Origin: Octopus vulgaris
Lineage: Eukaryota
DNA: 64,000 bases
NCBI GenBank assembly: GCA_951406725.2
Contig: OX597820.1
Coordinates: forward strand, 15,686,001 to 15,750,000
Direction of reading: 5' to 3'
The notes beneath the pieces are model-generated. The model had not been told where the DNA came from, did not search any database, and saw only the letters and a program-made list of their open reading frames with translations. Within the stretch, counting starts at the first letter, position 1. Every line of letters starts with the position of its first letter. The position numbers and the translations under genes were made by a program. This document shows, in pieces, positions 40,920-53,856 of the stretch.

Positions 40920-41385
40920 CTGTCCAAAACATACCAGCATGGAAAACAGATGTTCAATGATGATGATGATGATGAGGATGGTGAGAATGATCAGACAGAG
41001 CTGCAAAGAGACAAACAGAGATGATGTGATGTCTGGCATTTATACATGAAAGTTTAAAAGTTGCTGTAAGACGTTATTCAAGAGAAGAGAAAATTATGTT
41101 TCAATAATGGTACAGCACTTAACCCAGGAGTAGTTCTTGCAATGAGGTGCCTTAAGGAGATGTCAAGTAATTTAAAAGTACACTAAGCTAACGTTCTTGC
41201 TCATCCACTTACTAACCAAAAGACCTTCTGGCCTCATTCAGGTAAACAATGTTTATTCACCTGTTTGTGACATATTGGATTTTAAGCTGATATTGATTGG
41301 GTTTTTTTTCTAGGCCATCTTTTCTTTTATCTTTTACTTGTTTCAGTCACTGGATTGCAGCCCCAAACATGCAAACACTCACATG

Positions 41386-41418
<33 letters not shown>

Positions 41419-41551
41419 AGGTTTGGTGATGCAAACAAGAAAATAGAACACACACACACACGTGCACACACACACATGCACACACACACACACACAAACA
41501 CACACACAGAGGTTTGGTGATGCAAACAAGAAAATAGAACTCAAAGCACAG

Positions 41552-41602
<51 letters not shown>

Positions 41603-42728
41603 CATATATATATCATCATCATCATCATCGTTTAACGTCCGTTCTCCATGCTAGCATGGGTTGGATGGTTCGACTGGGGTCTGGGAAGCCAGAAGGCTGC
41701 ACCAGGCTCCAGTCTGATCTGACGGTGTTTCTACAGCTGGATGCCCTTCCTAACGCCAACCACTCCATGAGTGTAATGGGTGCTTTTTACGTGCCAGGCG
41801 AGGCTGGCAACAGCCATGATCGGTTGGTGCTTTTTACGTGCCACCGGCACAGAAGCCAGTCAAGGTGGCAAGCCATATATATCATCATCATCATCATCAT
41901 CATCATCGTTTAGCGTCCGTTTTCCATGCTAGCATGGGTTATATATATTTTATTATTGATAATCAGCAGAATCTGGAGAGTGACTCAAAGCTTCAGAGTT
42001 TCATCTATTAGCACTTATCAATGTGCTGGACAAAATGCTTTGTGGCATTTTGTCTGTCTTTACATTCTGAGTTCAAATTCTGCCATAGTCGACTTTGCCT
42101 TTCATCCTTTCAGGGACGATGAAATAAGTTCCTGTCAAGTACTGAGGCTGATGTAATTGGTTTGCTCCCTAACCTCCAAATTTCTGGTCTTGTACCTATA
42201 GTAGAAAGGATTACTTTTATTATTATAATTATTATTATTAATGACAATAATAATAATAATAACAATCCTTTTTACTTTAGACATAAGGCCTGAAATTTTG
42301 GTGGGAGTGGGCTAGTCAAATTAATTGACTCTCATACTTGACAGGTACTTACTTCATTGTCCCTGAAAGGATGAAAGGCAAAGTTGACCTCAGCAGGATT
42401 TGAACTCAAAATGTAAAGTTGGAAGACATGCCACTTAGAATGTTATCCTGTATGCTAATGATTCTGCCAGTTCACCACCTTGATGATAATAATTATTATA
42501 ATAATAATAATGGTTTCGAATTTTGCCACAAGGGTAGCAATTTGGGTGGAGGGGATGAGTTGATTACAACGACCCCAGTGTTCAACTGGCACTTATTTTA
42601 TTGCTCCCCCCCCCAAAGGATGAAAGGTATAGTTGACCTTAGTAGAATTTGAAGTCAGAATGTAAGGATAGACAAAATATCACTAAGCATTTTGCCCGGT
42701 GCACTAACGATTCAGCCAGCTCACTGCC

Positions 42729-42774
<46 letters not shown>

Positions 42775-42789
42775 TATTAATAATAATAA

Positions 42790-43116
42790 AAGAAATGGAG
42801 AAACTCTCAAAATACAAAGACCTGGAAATAGAGGTAACCAGAATGTGGAATCTAAAATCAGAAACAATTCCTATCATAGTAGGTGCATTAGGCATGATAA
42901 AAAAATATTCAGACAAATACATAACAAAAACACCAGGACTTACAAACACATATAACATACAGAAAATTGCACTACTAGGCACTGCACACATCCTACGCAG
43001 AACACTTTCCATACAATAACCATCAGAGCATCACAACAAATCACAGCACATACCCAAGGCACACAGAGCTGCGCTCGGTAGTGAAGTGAAAGCACGCTAT
43101 AAAAATAAAACTACCG
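42790..43116 (+). mobile_element. R4/Dong-like non-LTR retrotransposon 3' end in (AAT)n
   Basis: EKLSKYKDLEIEVTRMW...IPIIVGALG...IQKIALLGTAHILRRTL, the C-terminus of restriction-like-endonuclease LINEs; flanked by (AAT)n on both sides. Confidence 0.9.
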
Positions 43117-43536
43117 AATAATAATAATAATAAGGGTTTCAAATTTTGGCACAAGTCTGGGAGAGGAGGTAAGTTAATTACATCTACCCAGTACTCAGCC
43201 GGTATTTATTTTTTTTTATCAACCCTTGAAAGAATGAAAAACAAATTCGACCTTGGTGGAATCTGAACTCAGAATTTAAAGACGAACGAAATATTGCTAA
43301 GCATTTTGCTTGGCATGCTACTGCCTTACCGCTACTGCTACTACTACTACTACTACTACTAATTATAATAATAATAATAATAATAATAATAATTTCTATT
43401 ATAGGCACAAGGCCAGACATTTTGGAGAGGGGTTTAGACAATTACCTCAAAAATATATACCACAGGCTTCCACAGTTTCCATTTTCTAAATTCACTTACA
43501 AGACATTAGTCAATCTGAGGCTATAGTAGGAGGCAC

Positions 43537-43710
43537 GGATCTTTGTGGTTTTCGTCACTGTTTACAATTATCTTTTGCAAATTTTAAAGGCCAATAACTT
43601 TTTAATTATGGTTTCATTTCCTTAATTAGTATACAAAACTTAATCCATATACCAAATTTGGAAACAACCGGAACAAAATTGTAAACAGTGACGAAAATTC
43701 ACGAAGATCC
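43537..43710. mobile_element. MITE with GGATC termini inserted in a SINE
   Basis: ~33-bp TIR ggatctt.gtg..ttttcgtcactgtttacaatt; flanks ggaggcac / gaagacat resemble a duplicated SINE 8-mer gaagacac. Confidence 0.75.
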
Positions 43711-44420
43711 GAAGACATTTGCCCAGAGTGCCGTGCAGGGGAACTGAACTCGAAACCATGTAGTTGCAAGGCGAGCTTCTTACCCTTACGCCCATGCTCA
43801 CTATTTTTTTTTTATTATTTTACACTGACTTTTTCTTGATATTCTATTAAAAATTTTAAGACGGCAAGCTTATAATAAATGCGTTTTCAAGTTGTATTTT
43901 TTTTTATGTTAAGCACAATTTTAATTAATTACTTCGTTACAAAATTCAGAAATAAATCATTTATTCTTTTTCAATGCACACAATATTTCCGTATGATTTG
44001 TTTGCGCCCAAATTAAAAATAAATCATCTAGTGTTTCTGTTGACAGGTGTATTCAGTCTATAAAGATAGGAAAACAGGCGTTTATTAGAACGTAGTAATG
44101 TAGAATATTTTGGACAGAGCCCTTCAAGGAGATCTAGAAATATTTATAGTGTAAAGGTTGTATGTAGGAAGAAAAGAAAAATAGAGGAAAAGGCTGCATT
44201 TTATCTAAGGGAAATAACTCTATTTAAAAGTTATTTCCCTGTTGGATTAGTTATGTTATTGCTGCTGACAGGAGGCATTTCTCATTCTTCTTCTGGTATG
44301 CTTGTGACACAGATATGATGTTGTTGCTGCCGTCCAGTGACGAACAAATATTTTTGCTGTACTTAGTTACATTTCTTTAATTCTCGCGTTCAAATCCTAC
44401 CAAAGTTGGATTTGTTTTTC

Positions 44421-44675
44421 GGTACTACTTAAGAAGAGCGGTCCCGGTGCGTGCACTCGCGTACTCGCGCATCCGCGCTAGCTAGACGTGACTAGTCGAT
44501 CCTACAACGACTACCTAGCAAAGTAAATAAAACACAAAGGCACATAGAAAATAAATTTTAAAACAAAGTAAATAAAACAAAAACACAAAGTAAGGATCAA
44601 CTAGTCACGAATACCTAGCACGGATGCGCGAGTACGCGAGTGCACGCACTGGGACCACTTTTCTTAAGTAGTTCC
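44421..44675. mobile_element. MITE with ~80-bp CpG-rich TIRs and perfect 9-bp TSD (Merlin- or Mutator-like)
   Basis: GGTACTACTTAAGAA...TTCTTAAGTAGTTCC; TSD ttgtttttc at 44412 and 44676. Confidence 0.9.
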
Positions 44676-44999
44676 TTGTTTTTCATCATCATCACTCGCC
44701 ATCATCATCGTTTTAACGTCTACTTTTCCATGCTCGCATGGCTCGGATGGAGTTTGTCAAGGTAGACTTTTCTACGGCCAGATGCCCTTCTTGTCGCCAA
44801 CCCTCACTTGTTTCCAAGTAATGCATTCTCTCCATGGCTAGACATGCTTTCACCAAAGACTGGGAGCAGAAGACACTTCTTGGGTGATGGGGACACTCGT
44901 TTATAACTATCATGTGAAGTGAAGGCAAGGAGTAATATGCACGCACACGCAAGCATACACACACATACACATACACACACCTATCTATCTACCTACCTG

Positions 45000-45063
<64 letters not shown>

Positions 45064-45301
45064 ATTTCTTTATTGCCCACAAGGGGCTAAACACAGAGGA
45101 GACAAACAAGGACAGACAAAAGGATTAAGTCGATTACATCGACCGCAGTGTGTAACTGGTACTTATTTTATCGACCCCGAAAGGATGAAAGGCAAAGTGG
45201 ACCTCAGCAGAATTTGAACTCAGAATGTAACGGCAGATGAAATACTGCTAAACATTTTCGCCCAGCGTGCTAACGTTTCTGCCAGCTCGTCACCTTCGAG
45301 C

Positions 45302-45367
<66 letters not shown>

Positions 45368-45729
45368 GTCCATCTGTCTGTCTGTCTATCTGTCTATGCA
45401 TACATACACGTAAGCCTTCTTTCAGTTTATGTCTACCAAATCCACTTTCAAGGATTTGATTAGCCTGGGGTTTCAGTAGAAGATACTTTTCCAAGTTGCT
45501 ATGCGGTGGGACTGAACCCAAAACGATGTGGTTAGGAAGCAAACATTTTACCACACAGTCACCTCTGAACCAGACCCAATAATTTAAGTACTGGTTAGGT
45601 GCTCATGCTTACGATATTTTACTTCTGTTAGAAATCACCATTATGACTGTAGATTGGTAGTAGAGTATGTAGCGGCACAAGCAGTCAGCACCATGTTGGA
45701 TGAGATCTCGCAGCAGCCATTGCCATCTC

Positions 45730-45935
45730 CAAGACTGGAGTGAGATGACATGTAGAGTGTTGGTTTCTTTAAGGTGGGACCTATTCATCTTTATTTGTGC
45801 TTCAGGATCTGTTCTTCCATTGGCACATGCCATCCTTGCCCCTTTTTCCTTCATCTATTCCTTTTTTATCTCCTCTGGTCATCCGATTTGAAAAATATGC
45901 CCAGACAGTTATTGATGAAGGTCTGTATCTCACCT
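45730..45935 (-). pseudogene. RTE-type LINE ORF remnant, copy 1
   Basis: IQTFINNCL...EEQILKHK...IGPTLKKP; similar to 46610-46930. Confidence 0.7.
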
Positions 45936-46609
45936 GCATCTATTTACCATGTACGGGATTACAATGAGGCTCATGATGGCAAACTGTATATAAGGGCAAA
46001 ACAGAAACAGATTCATTCTTTTTCTCTCTGCTTCTTTCCAGCAGCGCTTGCCAAGCACACTTCGCTGGCTGGGCCTGTCTGCATGTTGTACCTCCAGAGG
46101 CAATGTGCCCGCACTAATGGAGATGCAACACCACGCACACAGCTCGAGATGGTTGCTGAGAGCCATGCACTTCACCTGTTCTGTGAATCTTGTAAATAAA
46201 CCGTTTGTAAATTGCATTTCTACTTAAAGACTTCTTTCTTCGCCTGCCAGAGCCTGAACTACTTGAAGAACAAGACATAATGGAAGAAGGCGATATTCTC
46301 CTGATATCGTAAACCTTGCCTTCTATTATAAGTATAACAGCTGATGAAATGTATTGAGCAAGGGTTCCCAACCCCTGAACTCTGGACTGGCACCAGGCTT
46401 TGGATCATTTGGTGCTGGGCCCCCACAGAAAGAATAAACTTTAAAATTTTATTTCTATTTTATTGTCTATCACTGTATTTAGGTGACTATTATGTGTGAA
46501 GGCGTGGAGCCTTGTGGTTAGGGAATTGCATTCATGATTGCTAGATCATGAGTTCGATTCCCAGACTGGGCAGATCATAGTGTTCTTGAGCAAAACATTT
46601 CATTTCCAG

Positions 46610-46930
46610 GTCAGAGCTGACATGTAGTGTGTTGGTTTCTTTAAAGTGGGACCTTTTCATCTCCATTTGTGCTTCAGGATCTGTTCTTCTTTTGGCACAT
46701 GCCATCCATGCCCCTTTTTGCTTCATCTCTTCATTTTTTATCTTCTCTGGTCATCTGATTTGAAAAATATGCTTCAGACAGTTATCGATGAAGGTCTGTA
46801 TCTTCTGCAGTGTCTTTTTAGTCCTTTTCCATGTCTTTGGTTCATTAAGCAGGTTGAACTTCAAATTAGATTTGAAGATATGCAATTTAGTTTTTATGGT
46901 AATCTCTGAAAGCCCAGATGTTCTTAAGAA
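46610..46930 (-). pseudogene. RTE-type LINE ORF remnant, copy 2
   Basis: TKLHIFKSNLK...KTWKRTKKTLQKIQTFIDNCLKHIFQIR*PEKI...EEQILKHKWR. Confidence 0.75.
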
Positions 46931-48544
46931 TGGTAATGGCAGCGAGCTGGCAGAAACGTGAGCATGCCAGGCGAAATGCTTAGCGGTATTTCGTCTGCCG
47001 TTACGTTCTGAGTTCAAATTCCGCCAAGGTCGAATTTGCCTTTCATCCTTTCGGGGTCGATAAATTAAGTACCAGTTACACACTGGGGTCGATGTAATCG
47101 ACATAATCCTTTTGTCTGTCCTTCTTTGTCCCCTCTGTGTTTAGCCCCTTGTGGGCAATAAAGAAATAAGAATGGTAATGGCTGTTCTGGCTTACCCAGT
47201 CTGGCTGTAGCATCTTTCTCTCTCTCTCTCTCTCCCCTCTCTCTCTCTCTTTCTGTCACTCTTTTTATCAATTGTATTACTGAAGTAAGTCTGTTGACCT
47301 CCTCTATGTGCTTAGCACCTAGTCTCTCTGGGTTTTATTAAAATAATCCTTTCTACTCTAGGTTACAAGGCCTGAAATTTTAGGAGATCGTGTTAGTCAA
47401 TTATATTAACCCCAGTATGCAACTGCTACTTATTTTATTGAGCCCCCAAAAATGAGAGGTAAAGTTGACCTCCGTGGAAGAGGCGTGCTGATGATGATTC
47501 TGTCAGTCTGTCACCTTAAGGGTTTTGTTAAAATAATGTTTTCAAATTTTGGTGTAAAGCCAGCAATTTCGGAGAGAGAGTTAGTCATTTACATCAACTC
47601 CAGTATGTAACTGGTACTTATTTTATCAAACCCAAAAAGGATGAAAAGCAAAGTTGGAGTTTGAACTCAGATTGTGAAGTTTGGTGAAAATGCCATTGGG
47701 CATTTTGTCCGGCATGCTACAAATTCTGCCAGCTTGCTGCTTTAAGAATTTTATTAAAATCATGCCAGTACTCTGTATGAGTTGGTTCAGTCAACTATAC
47801 TCTCCCTTATTAATTGGTGGTGTTCTGCTCATGCAAGAACCAATAATTATTCAATTAGTTGCTGATGTCATGGCCGTGTAGTTAAGGAGCTCACATTACA
47901 ATCATGTTATCAGATTACACATTTTGGGTGTCTTCTATTGCCACAGGTCAACCAGTGCCTTGTCCATTATTTCTCCAAATTTGGATAGGCATTGCCATGG
48001 CTGTGTGGTTGAGAAATTTTCTTTCCAACCACGTGGTTATGGGATCAACCTCACTGTATGGCACCTTGAGCAAGTGTTTTCTGTAATAGTTCTGGGTTCA
48101 CCAAAGCCTCAAAGCCTTGTGAGTGGATCAAGCCTATTGCATGTGTGTGTGTGTGACCGTAAAACATCTGCCACAATAAATTCTAACTCATGCAAACAGA
48201 AAAGTGAACGTTAAGATGAGGATGATGATGATGTGTCTTTGTGAGTGATGGGAAAACATGCCATACAGAGTTTAGTTACACTCTATGTCTTGAGTTCAAA
48301 TCCTTGGTCAATAATATTGGTATCGGTTATTTGTTGAGGATTGATATAATTGATTTTATGTCACCATTTCTTCCTCAATTTGACTAATCTTTATATTTGA
48401 TAGAAATTTTGATGATGACAGAGACTGGGATCAATAAAATAAATAGCAGTCAAATACTGGGGTGAAATCTTATCAACTATACACCTTCCCCTCAAAATTG
48501 TGTGGCCCAGATGTAATATTAGGAGTCATTATTGATGCTGCTCC

Positions 48545-48755
48545 TGATGATGATGATGATGATGATGAGATTGAGTAAGAAGAGGATCATCACAATCGTC
48601 ATCGTCGTCGTCATCATCGTCGTCGTCATCATCGTCATCATCATCGTCATCATCGTCATCGTCATTGTCATCGTGATCATCGTGATCATCATCATCATCA
48701 GCGTCATCACCACCACCACCACCACCACCACCATCATCACCACCACCAACATCAT
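48545..48755. repeat. (GAT)n/(CAT/CGT/CAC)n trinucleotide tract
   Basis: Directly visible. Confidence 0.95.
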
Positions 48756-49119
48756 TTTACTGTTCACTTTACCACACTTGCATGGGTTGGACAGAACTTA
48801 TTGAAGCAGATTTTCTATGGCGGGATGACCTTCCTGTCGCCAATCCCCACCTATTTCCAAGCAATATTGTACATGCTTATATAAATTTCTAATGACTGCT
48901 GGTAGAAATGCAGAAGATTCAAACTGAACTTCAGCATAACAAATATCTATAGCAATGATTAATAACGCTTGAGAGACTGGAAAGAATTGGTCAACAATTA
49001 TGAAGAATTCCTTTCACTTCTAGCTGGATTCAGCACTGGAAACTGGATGCTGTAAACAGCTAATTGCCTCATTAAGACTACTGTATATTCAGCATGTATA
49101 CTTGATTGCTGAGAGGGGA

Positions 49120-49690
49120 AATATAACTGGCACTCTGTTGGTTATGATGCAGGTTCCATCATATATAATTGAGGGTTCCATCAATATAACTGGCATTCTG
49201 TTGGTTATGATGCGGGGTCCATAATATATAACTGAGGGTTCCATCAATATAGCTGGCACTCTGGAGGTTATGATAAGGATTCCATCACTATAACTGGCAC
49301 TTTGTAAGTTATGATGAAGATTTCATCATATATAATTGAGGGTTCCATCAATATAGCTGGCACTCTGTTGGTTATGATGAGGGTTCAATCAACAGAACAT
49401 CTGCTCATGAAATTAACATGCAAGTGGCTGAGTACTCCACAGACATGCAAACGTTTAATGTAGTTCTTAGGGAGATTCAGTGTGACACAGAATGCAACAA
49501 GGCTGGCCCTTTGAATTACAAGTACAGCTCATTTATTTCATGTTGCTCCAGTACACTCAGTGGACTGGAGCAATATGAAATTGAAATAAAGTGTCTTGCT
49601 CAAGGACATAATGAGCTGCCCAGGAATTGAACTCACAGCCTTATGATCATGAGATGAATACTTTACCCACAAAGCCATGTGCTTTCACAA
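49120..49690 (-). mobile_element. SINE family D with tandemly amplified 3' tail
   Basis: tRNA-like head at the right end; body gtctgtggagt.ctcagccacttgca.gttaatttca (also 39545-39780 on +); tail unit ctggcactctgttggttatgatg repeated 5 times. Confidence 0.7.
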
Positions 49691-51099
49691 GAGTGGAGAT
49701 ATGCTTTCAGCGATAACTAATCTGCTTCTGGCTTGCTTGTTTGCACCTTTCTTTAAATAACTTGAGAAAGCGTGTGAACTTCAGGGACATTGTAGATGAT
49801 CTTCATAATGTGGCATGATATCACTGCAAATTGAATTGTCGTAAACCAGGACAGACTGCATGACATGAGCATGATCAATGTGTCGTACAGAGCTGGCAAC
49901 TGAAAACCTGAGATTTGATTCTAGGTCTCGCTTCATGTGTGTGTGTATATCTTTGTTTTTGTATTTCTATTTTTTGTGTTTGGTTTCTATTAGTTCTTAT
50001 GACTTAGAATTTTTGTCAAAAATCATTGATAGAATAAGTTCTATAGAACATATGAAAAAAAAAAAAGAAAGTATTGAGGTTGATTTGTTTGATTAAACTC
50101 TTCAAACAAGTGCCCCAGCATGGCCATGTTCCAATGATGAAAACAGATAAGACAGAAAATTTTAACTCCCAAAAGAAATGAATATTTCTAATGTAAATAA
50201 GTAAACCAAAAGAATGAGTAAATAGTCTTTACTCTTTTTACTCTTTTACTTGTTTCAGTCATTTGACTGCAGCCATGCTGGAGCACCGCCTTTAGTCGAG
50301 CAAATGGATCCCAGAACTTATTCTTTGTAAGCCTAGTACTTATTCTATCAGTCTCTTTTTTTCTGAACCGCTAAGTTATGGGGATGTAAACACACCAACA
50401 TTGGTTGTCAAGCGATGTTGGGGGGACAATCACAGATACACAAACACACACACACACACATACGACAGGCTTCTTTCAGTTTCTGTCTACCAAATCCACT
50501 CACAAGGCTTTGGTCGGCCCGAGGCTATAGTAGAAGACACTTGCCCAAGGTGCCACGCAGTGGGGCTGAACCCAGAACCATGTGGTTGGTAAGCAAGCTA
50601 CTTACCACACAGCCACAAATTATACAAAAAAAAGATATACATACTTTACTAGGTTTTCTGATAGCAAATCCTTTAATAACAATTTCATAGATATGTATGG
50701 TTGCTAAAATATTCAGATTTATTTCCTGGTTCTTAGTCAGATTTGAATCTGATATAAACTTTTCCTGCTATCAAGTTCAGAGAAATGACCTTTTGCCTAG
50801 ATCCTACTCTTATAGTCATTATCTCATATACTCACAAAACTTTCATAATATCTGAAAAATACAATTGTGATATTGTTTCAAAATATATATATATATATAT
50901 ATATATATCCTGTAATAGGCACAGGCATATGTCTGTGCTTGAGGAGTTTGCTTCCCAGGCATGTGGTTTTGGGTTCAGTCCTATTGTAGGGCACCTTGGG
51001 AAAGTGTCCTTCACCGAAGCTCCCAGGCCAACCAAAGCCTTGTGAGTAGATTTAGTAGATGAAAAGAAGCCCATTGCATGTATGCACACACACACACGT

Positions 51100-51148
<49 letters not shown>

Positions 51149-52496
51149 CAGTGGAATTTAAACTCAGAACATAAAGATGGACAAAATGCCGCTGAGTATT
51201 TTGCCCGGCGTGCTAACGACTCTACCAGTTCGCCGCCTTGTTATTGCATCTAGTATTATAATAGAGATTTTGACAGTGCCTGGCATTAGAACTCCTTAGC
51301 TGAATCATCTGCCTATGACCTCCAGTCATCTCTTATTTTGGGATCACAAAGAATTATTTCCAATCCGAACTCTATCAATTCTGTAATACCCCGTTTCCCC
51401 ATACTTTACGTTCTGTATATTTATTACTTATTCGTTCTTATTTCCAACCACACACTCATGTCATGTATACACGACATCATGTTTTCCCCCTCTCTGTAAC
51501 TTTCTGCACATTTACGTCATTTACATGAAAGGCAGACACGTCCAATACAACAGTCTTTGAAAGCATGCTTTCATTGGTGACATGATAATTTAGTCTCATT
51601 CAACAATGTCAAAACAATCGCTTCACATTTAAAAGTCTTGAATTACACCATCTCAATGAACACCCACACACACAAACAACTGTCAAAATCGAACAGATTC
51701 TAGTCTTTACAAATCCTGCTGATCTCTCACGGCAACCTCACACGTATAATTAAGCTAAAAATTATATCCCGAAGTTGTAAAAACATCGATGGCAATTCGA
51801 AATCAACAAGACCTAAGATAAGAAAGCCTTCTCTCAGGTAAACATATGACGTGATACAGCAAAATCCGAAAGAAAGCTAAAAGGTCGACTTCTTTTCTGA
51901 CAACCACCAAGAGATGGAGGTGGGATCGCAGAGCTGAAAAAGCAGAGATCCAATTGGAGAGGAGCAGAAAAGGTAGCCCAGAGTTCAGAACAGTGGGGGA
52001 AAAGTCGTCGATGGCAGCGAAGGACATAAAGATGAAGAGGTGTTTGTGGGAGAGAAAAATTACTTCAGTTCTAATCAACAGATGACACTCTTTATTATTC
52101 AACAGCAAAATGACTTGGAATTTGGAATATTATACACGCATTTAGTGTTACTGCGACATTATTAAATATTTTAGACTTTTTCTTGAAGACGGTCCTTTTA
52201 CCTTTTACTGGTTTCAGTCACTAGACTGCGGCCATGCTGGGGATTTCTTAATGAGGATGACGAGGAATGGAAGTTGTTGACAGTACAAGGATGTAACAGC
52301 CTACTTATAATGGTAGAAATTCCAGGTTTTAGTGAAATGTTTTTGTATAACATAAATAAATAAAAGGTGTTAAACGCAGGTGTTATTCAAATCTTTATAC
52401 TTCCGACATATGTTTCGAAGAAAACATTCGTATTATTCCAGAAGGAATGAAATGATGTAAAACAATGCAATCTTCCATCGTAAATTGAATGTTTAT

Positions 52497-53244
52497 GTAA
52501 AGTACATTTAGAAGTGCTTGAAATTCTTCCAGTCTGTCTATACATTCTTGCCAAAGAATGAAGCACTCATCTAGGTATCTCTTCCAGTTATTTTCTGTAA
52601 TGTGTTTCCGTATTTTTCTAGTTCCTTACGATAAAGAGCGATTTCTAGGTACCCCATGACAAGGTTAGAAAATCAGGGGACCATTCTCGTACCCATCGCA
52701 GTCCCCGAAAACTGTCGATAGAAGTTGTCATTGAATACGAAGAGGTTATTCTCCAAGGTGTATTTTAGCCCTTCTATTACGAATTGTTTTTTGATGCGAT
52801 GTGGGAATTCATTGGAGTAATTCTCTAGCCAGAATTGGATTGCCTCTATTACCAGCTTGTGGAAGATATTAGAGTACAGATTGACTACATCGAATGGTAC
52901 TAGTAGGGTTTTTTTTACTAATTGTTTCAGCGGGGTGGTTGAGCAATTCTAGGCCGTCCTATGTAGCTTTTGATATGCCTGAGGAATAGTTTGGTTTGAA
53001 GAGGGTATCTAAAACGTTGCTGAGGCGGTGAGTTTCGCATGCGGGACCTGCTATTATAGGTCTTAATTTGAGGTCATTAAGTGGTGATACCTTGACTATT
53101 GTCCGTGGATCCCCTGCATGCGTTACTTATTTTTTCACTTTTGTCTATCTTAGGAATATTGTAAAATTGACCTGATTTACTTTTGAAGTTAGTCATAGTC
53201 GTATTCCTTGTCGGTGAGCTCTTCTCTGTACAGGTTTGTCAGAG

Positions 53245-53245
<1 letters not shown>
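52497..53245 (-). pseudogene. Penelope-like element reverse transcriptase remnant
   Basis: Manual translation gives GQFYNIPKIDKS, LRPIIAGPACETHRLS, LVPFDVVNLYSNI, LENNLFVFNDNFYRQFSGTAMGTRMVP*FSNLVMGYLE, WKRYLDECFILW; stops and frameshifts; absent from the ORF track. Confidence 0.9.
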
Positions 53246-53280
<35 letters not shown>

Positions 53281-53490
53281 ATAATAAATCTCTGAGCGAG
53301 ATATAAACAGTAACTGCTCTATAACGTAAGGGGGATCAGCCATCTGAATGTGGCTAGGGACAGGGCGGGGTGGTGTTACTGATGCATTTAGCCCCAGGCG
53401 ATCATCGACGTCACCAGAAGGACCAACACCATCACGGTGTCCTTGCTAGCCTGTAAAGGGAGATCAGCCTCCCCGAAGATACGGATACTA

Positions 53491-53533
53491 CATACGGACC
53501 GGTTTCGAGGTAATTGCCTCTTATCAACGCATG
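53491..53533 (-). ncRNA. Type I hammerhead ribozyme, U3-A8 core variant (copy 1)
   Basis: CAUGCG-UUGAUAA-GAGG(CAAUUA)CCUC-GAAA-CCGG-UC-CGUAUG. Confidence 0.8.
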
Positions 53534-53813
53534 GTAAGCACCGTTCTTCGATGAGGGACTCTCTCTACAGGCTGCATATATAAGGATTTTCACAGTAACC
53601 ACAGTCACTGATGTAGAAAAACCGTTCGAAAACAATAATAAACCTCTGAGCGAGATATAAACAGTAACTGCTCTATAACGTAAGGGGAATCAGCCATCTG
53701 AATGTGGCTAGGGACAGGGCGGGGTGGTGGGGGTGTTACTGATGCATTTAGCCCCAGGCGATCATCGACGTCACCAGAAGGACCGACACCATCCATCGAA
53801 GAAAGGTGCTTAC

Positions 53814-53856
53814 CATGCGTTGATAAGAGGCAATTACCTCGAAACCGGTCCGTATG
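53814..53856 (+). ncRNA. Type I hammerhead ribozyme, U3-A8 core variant (copy 2)
   Basis: Identical to copy 1; predicted cleavage after GUC at 53850. Confidence 0.8.
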
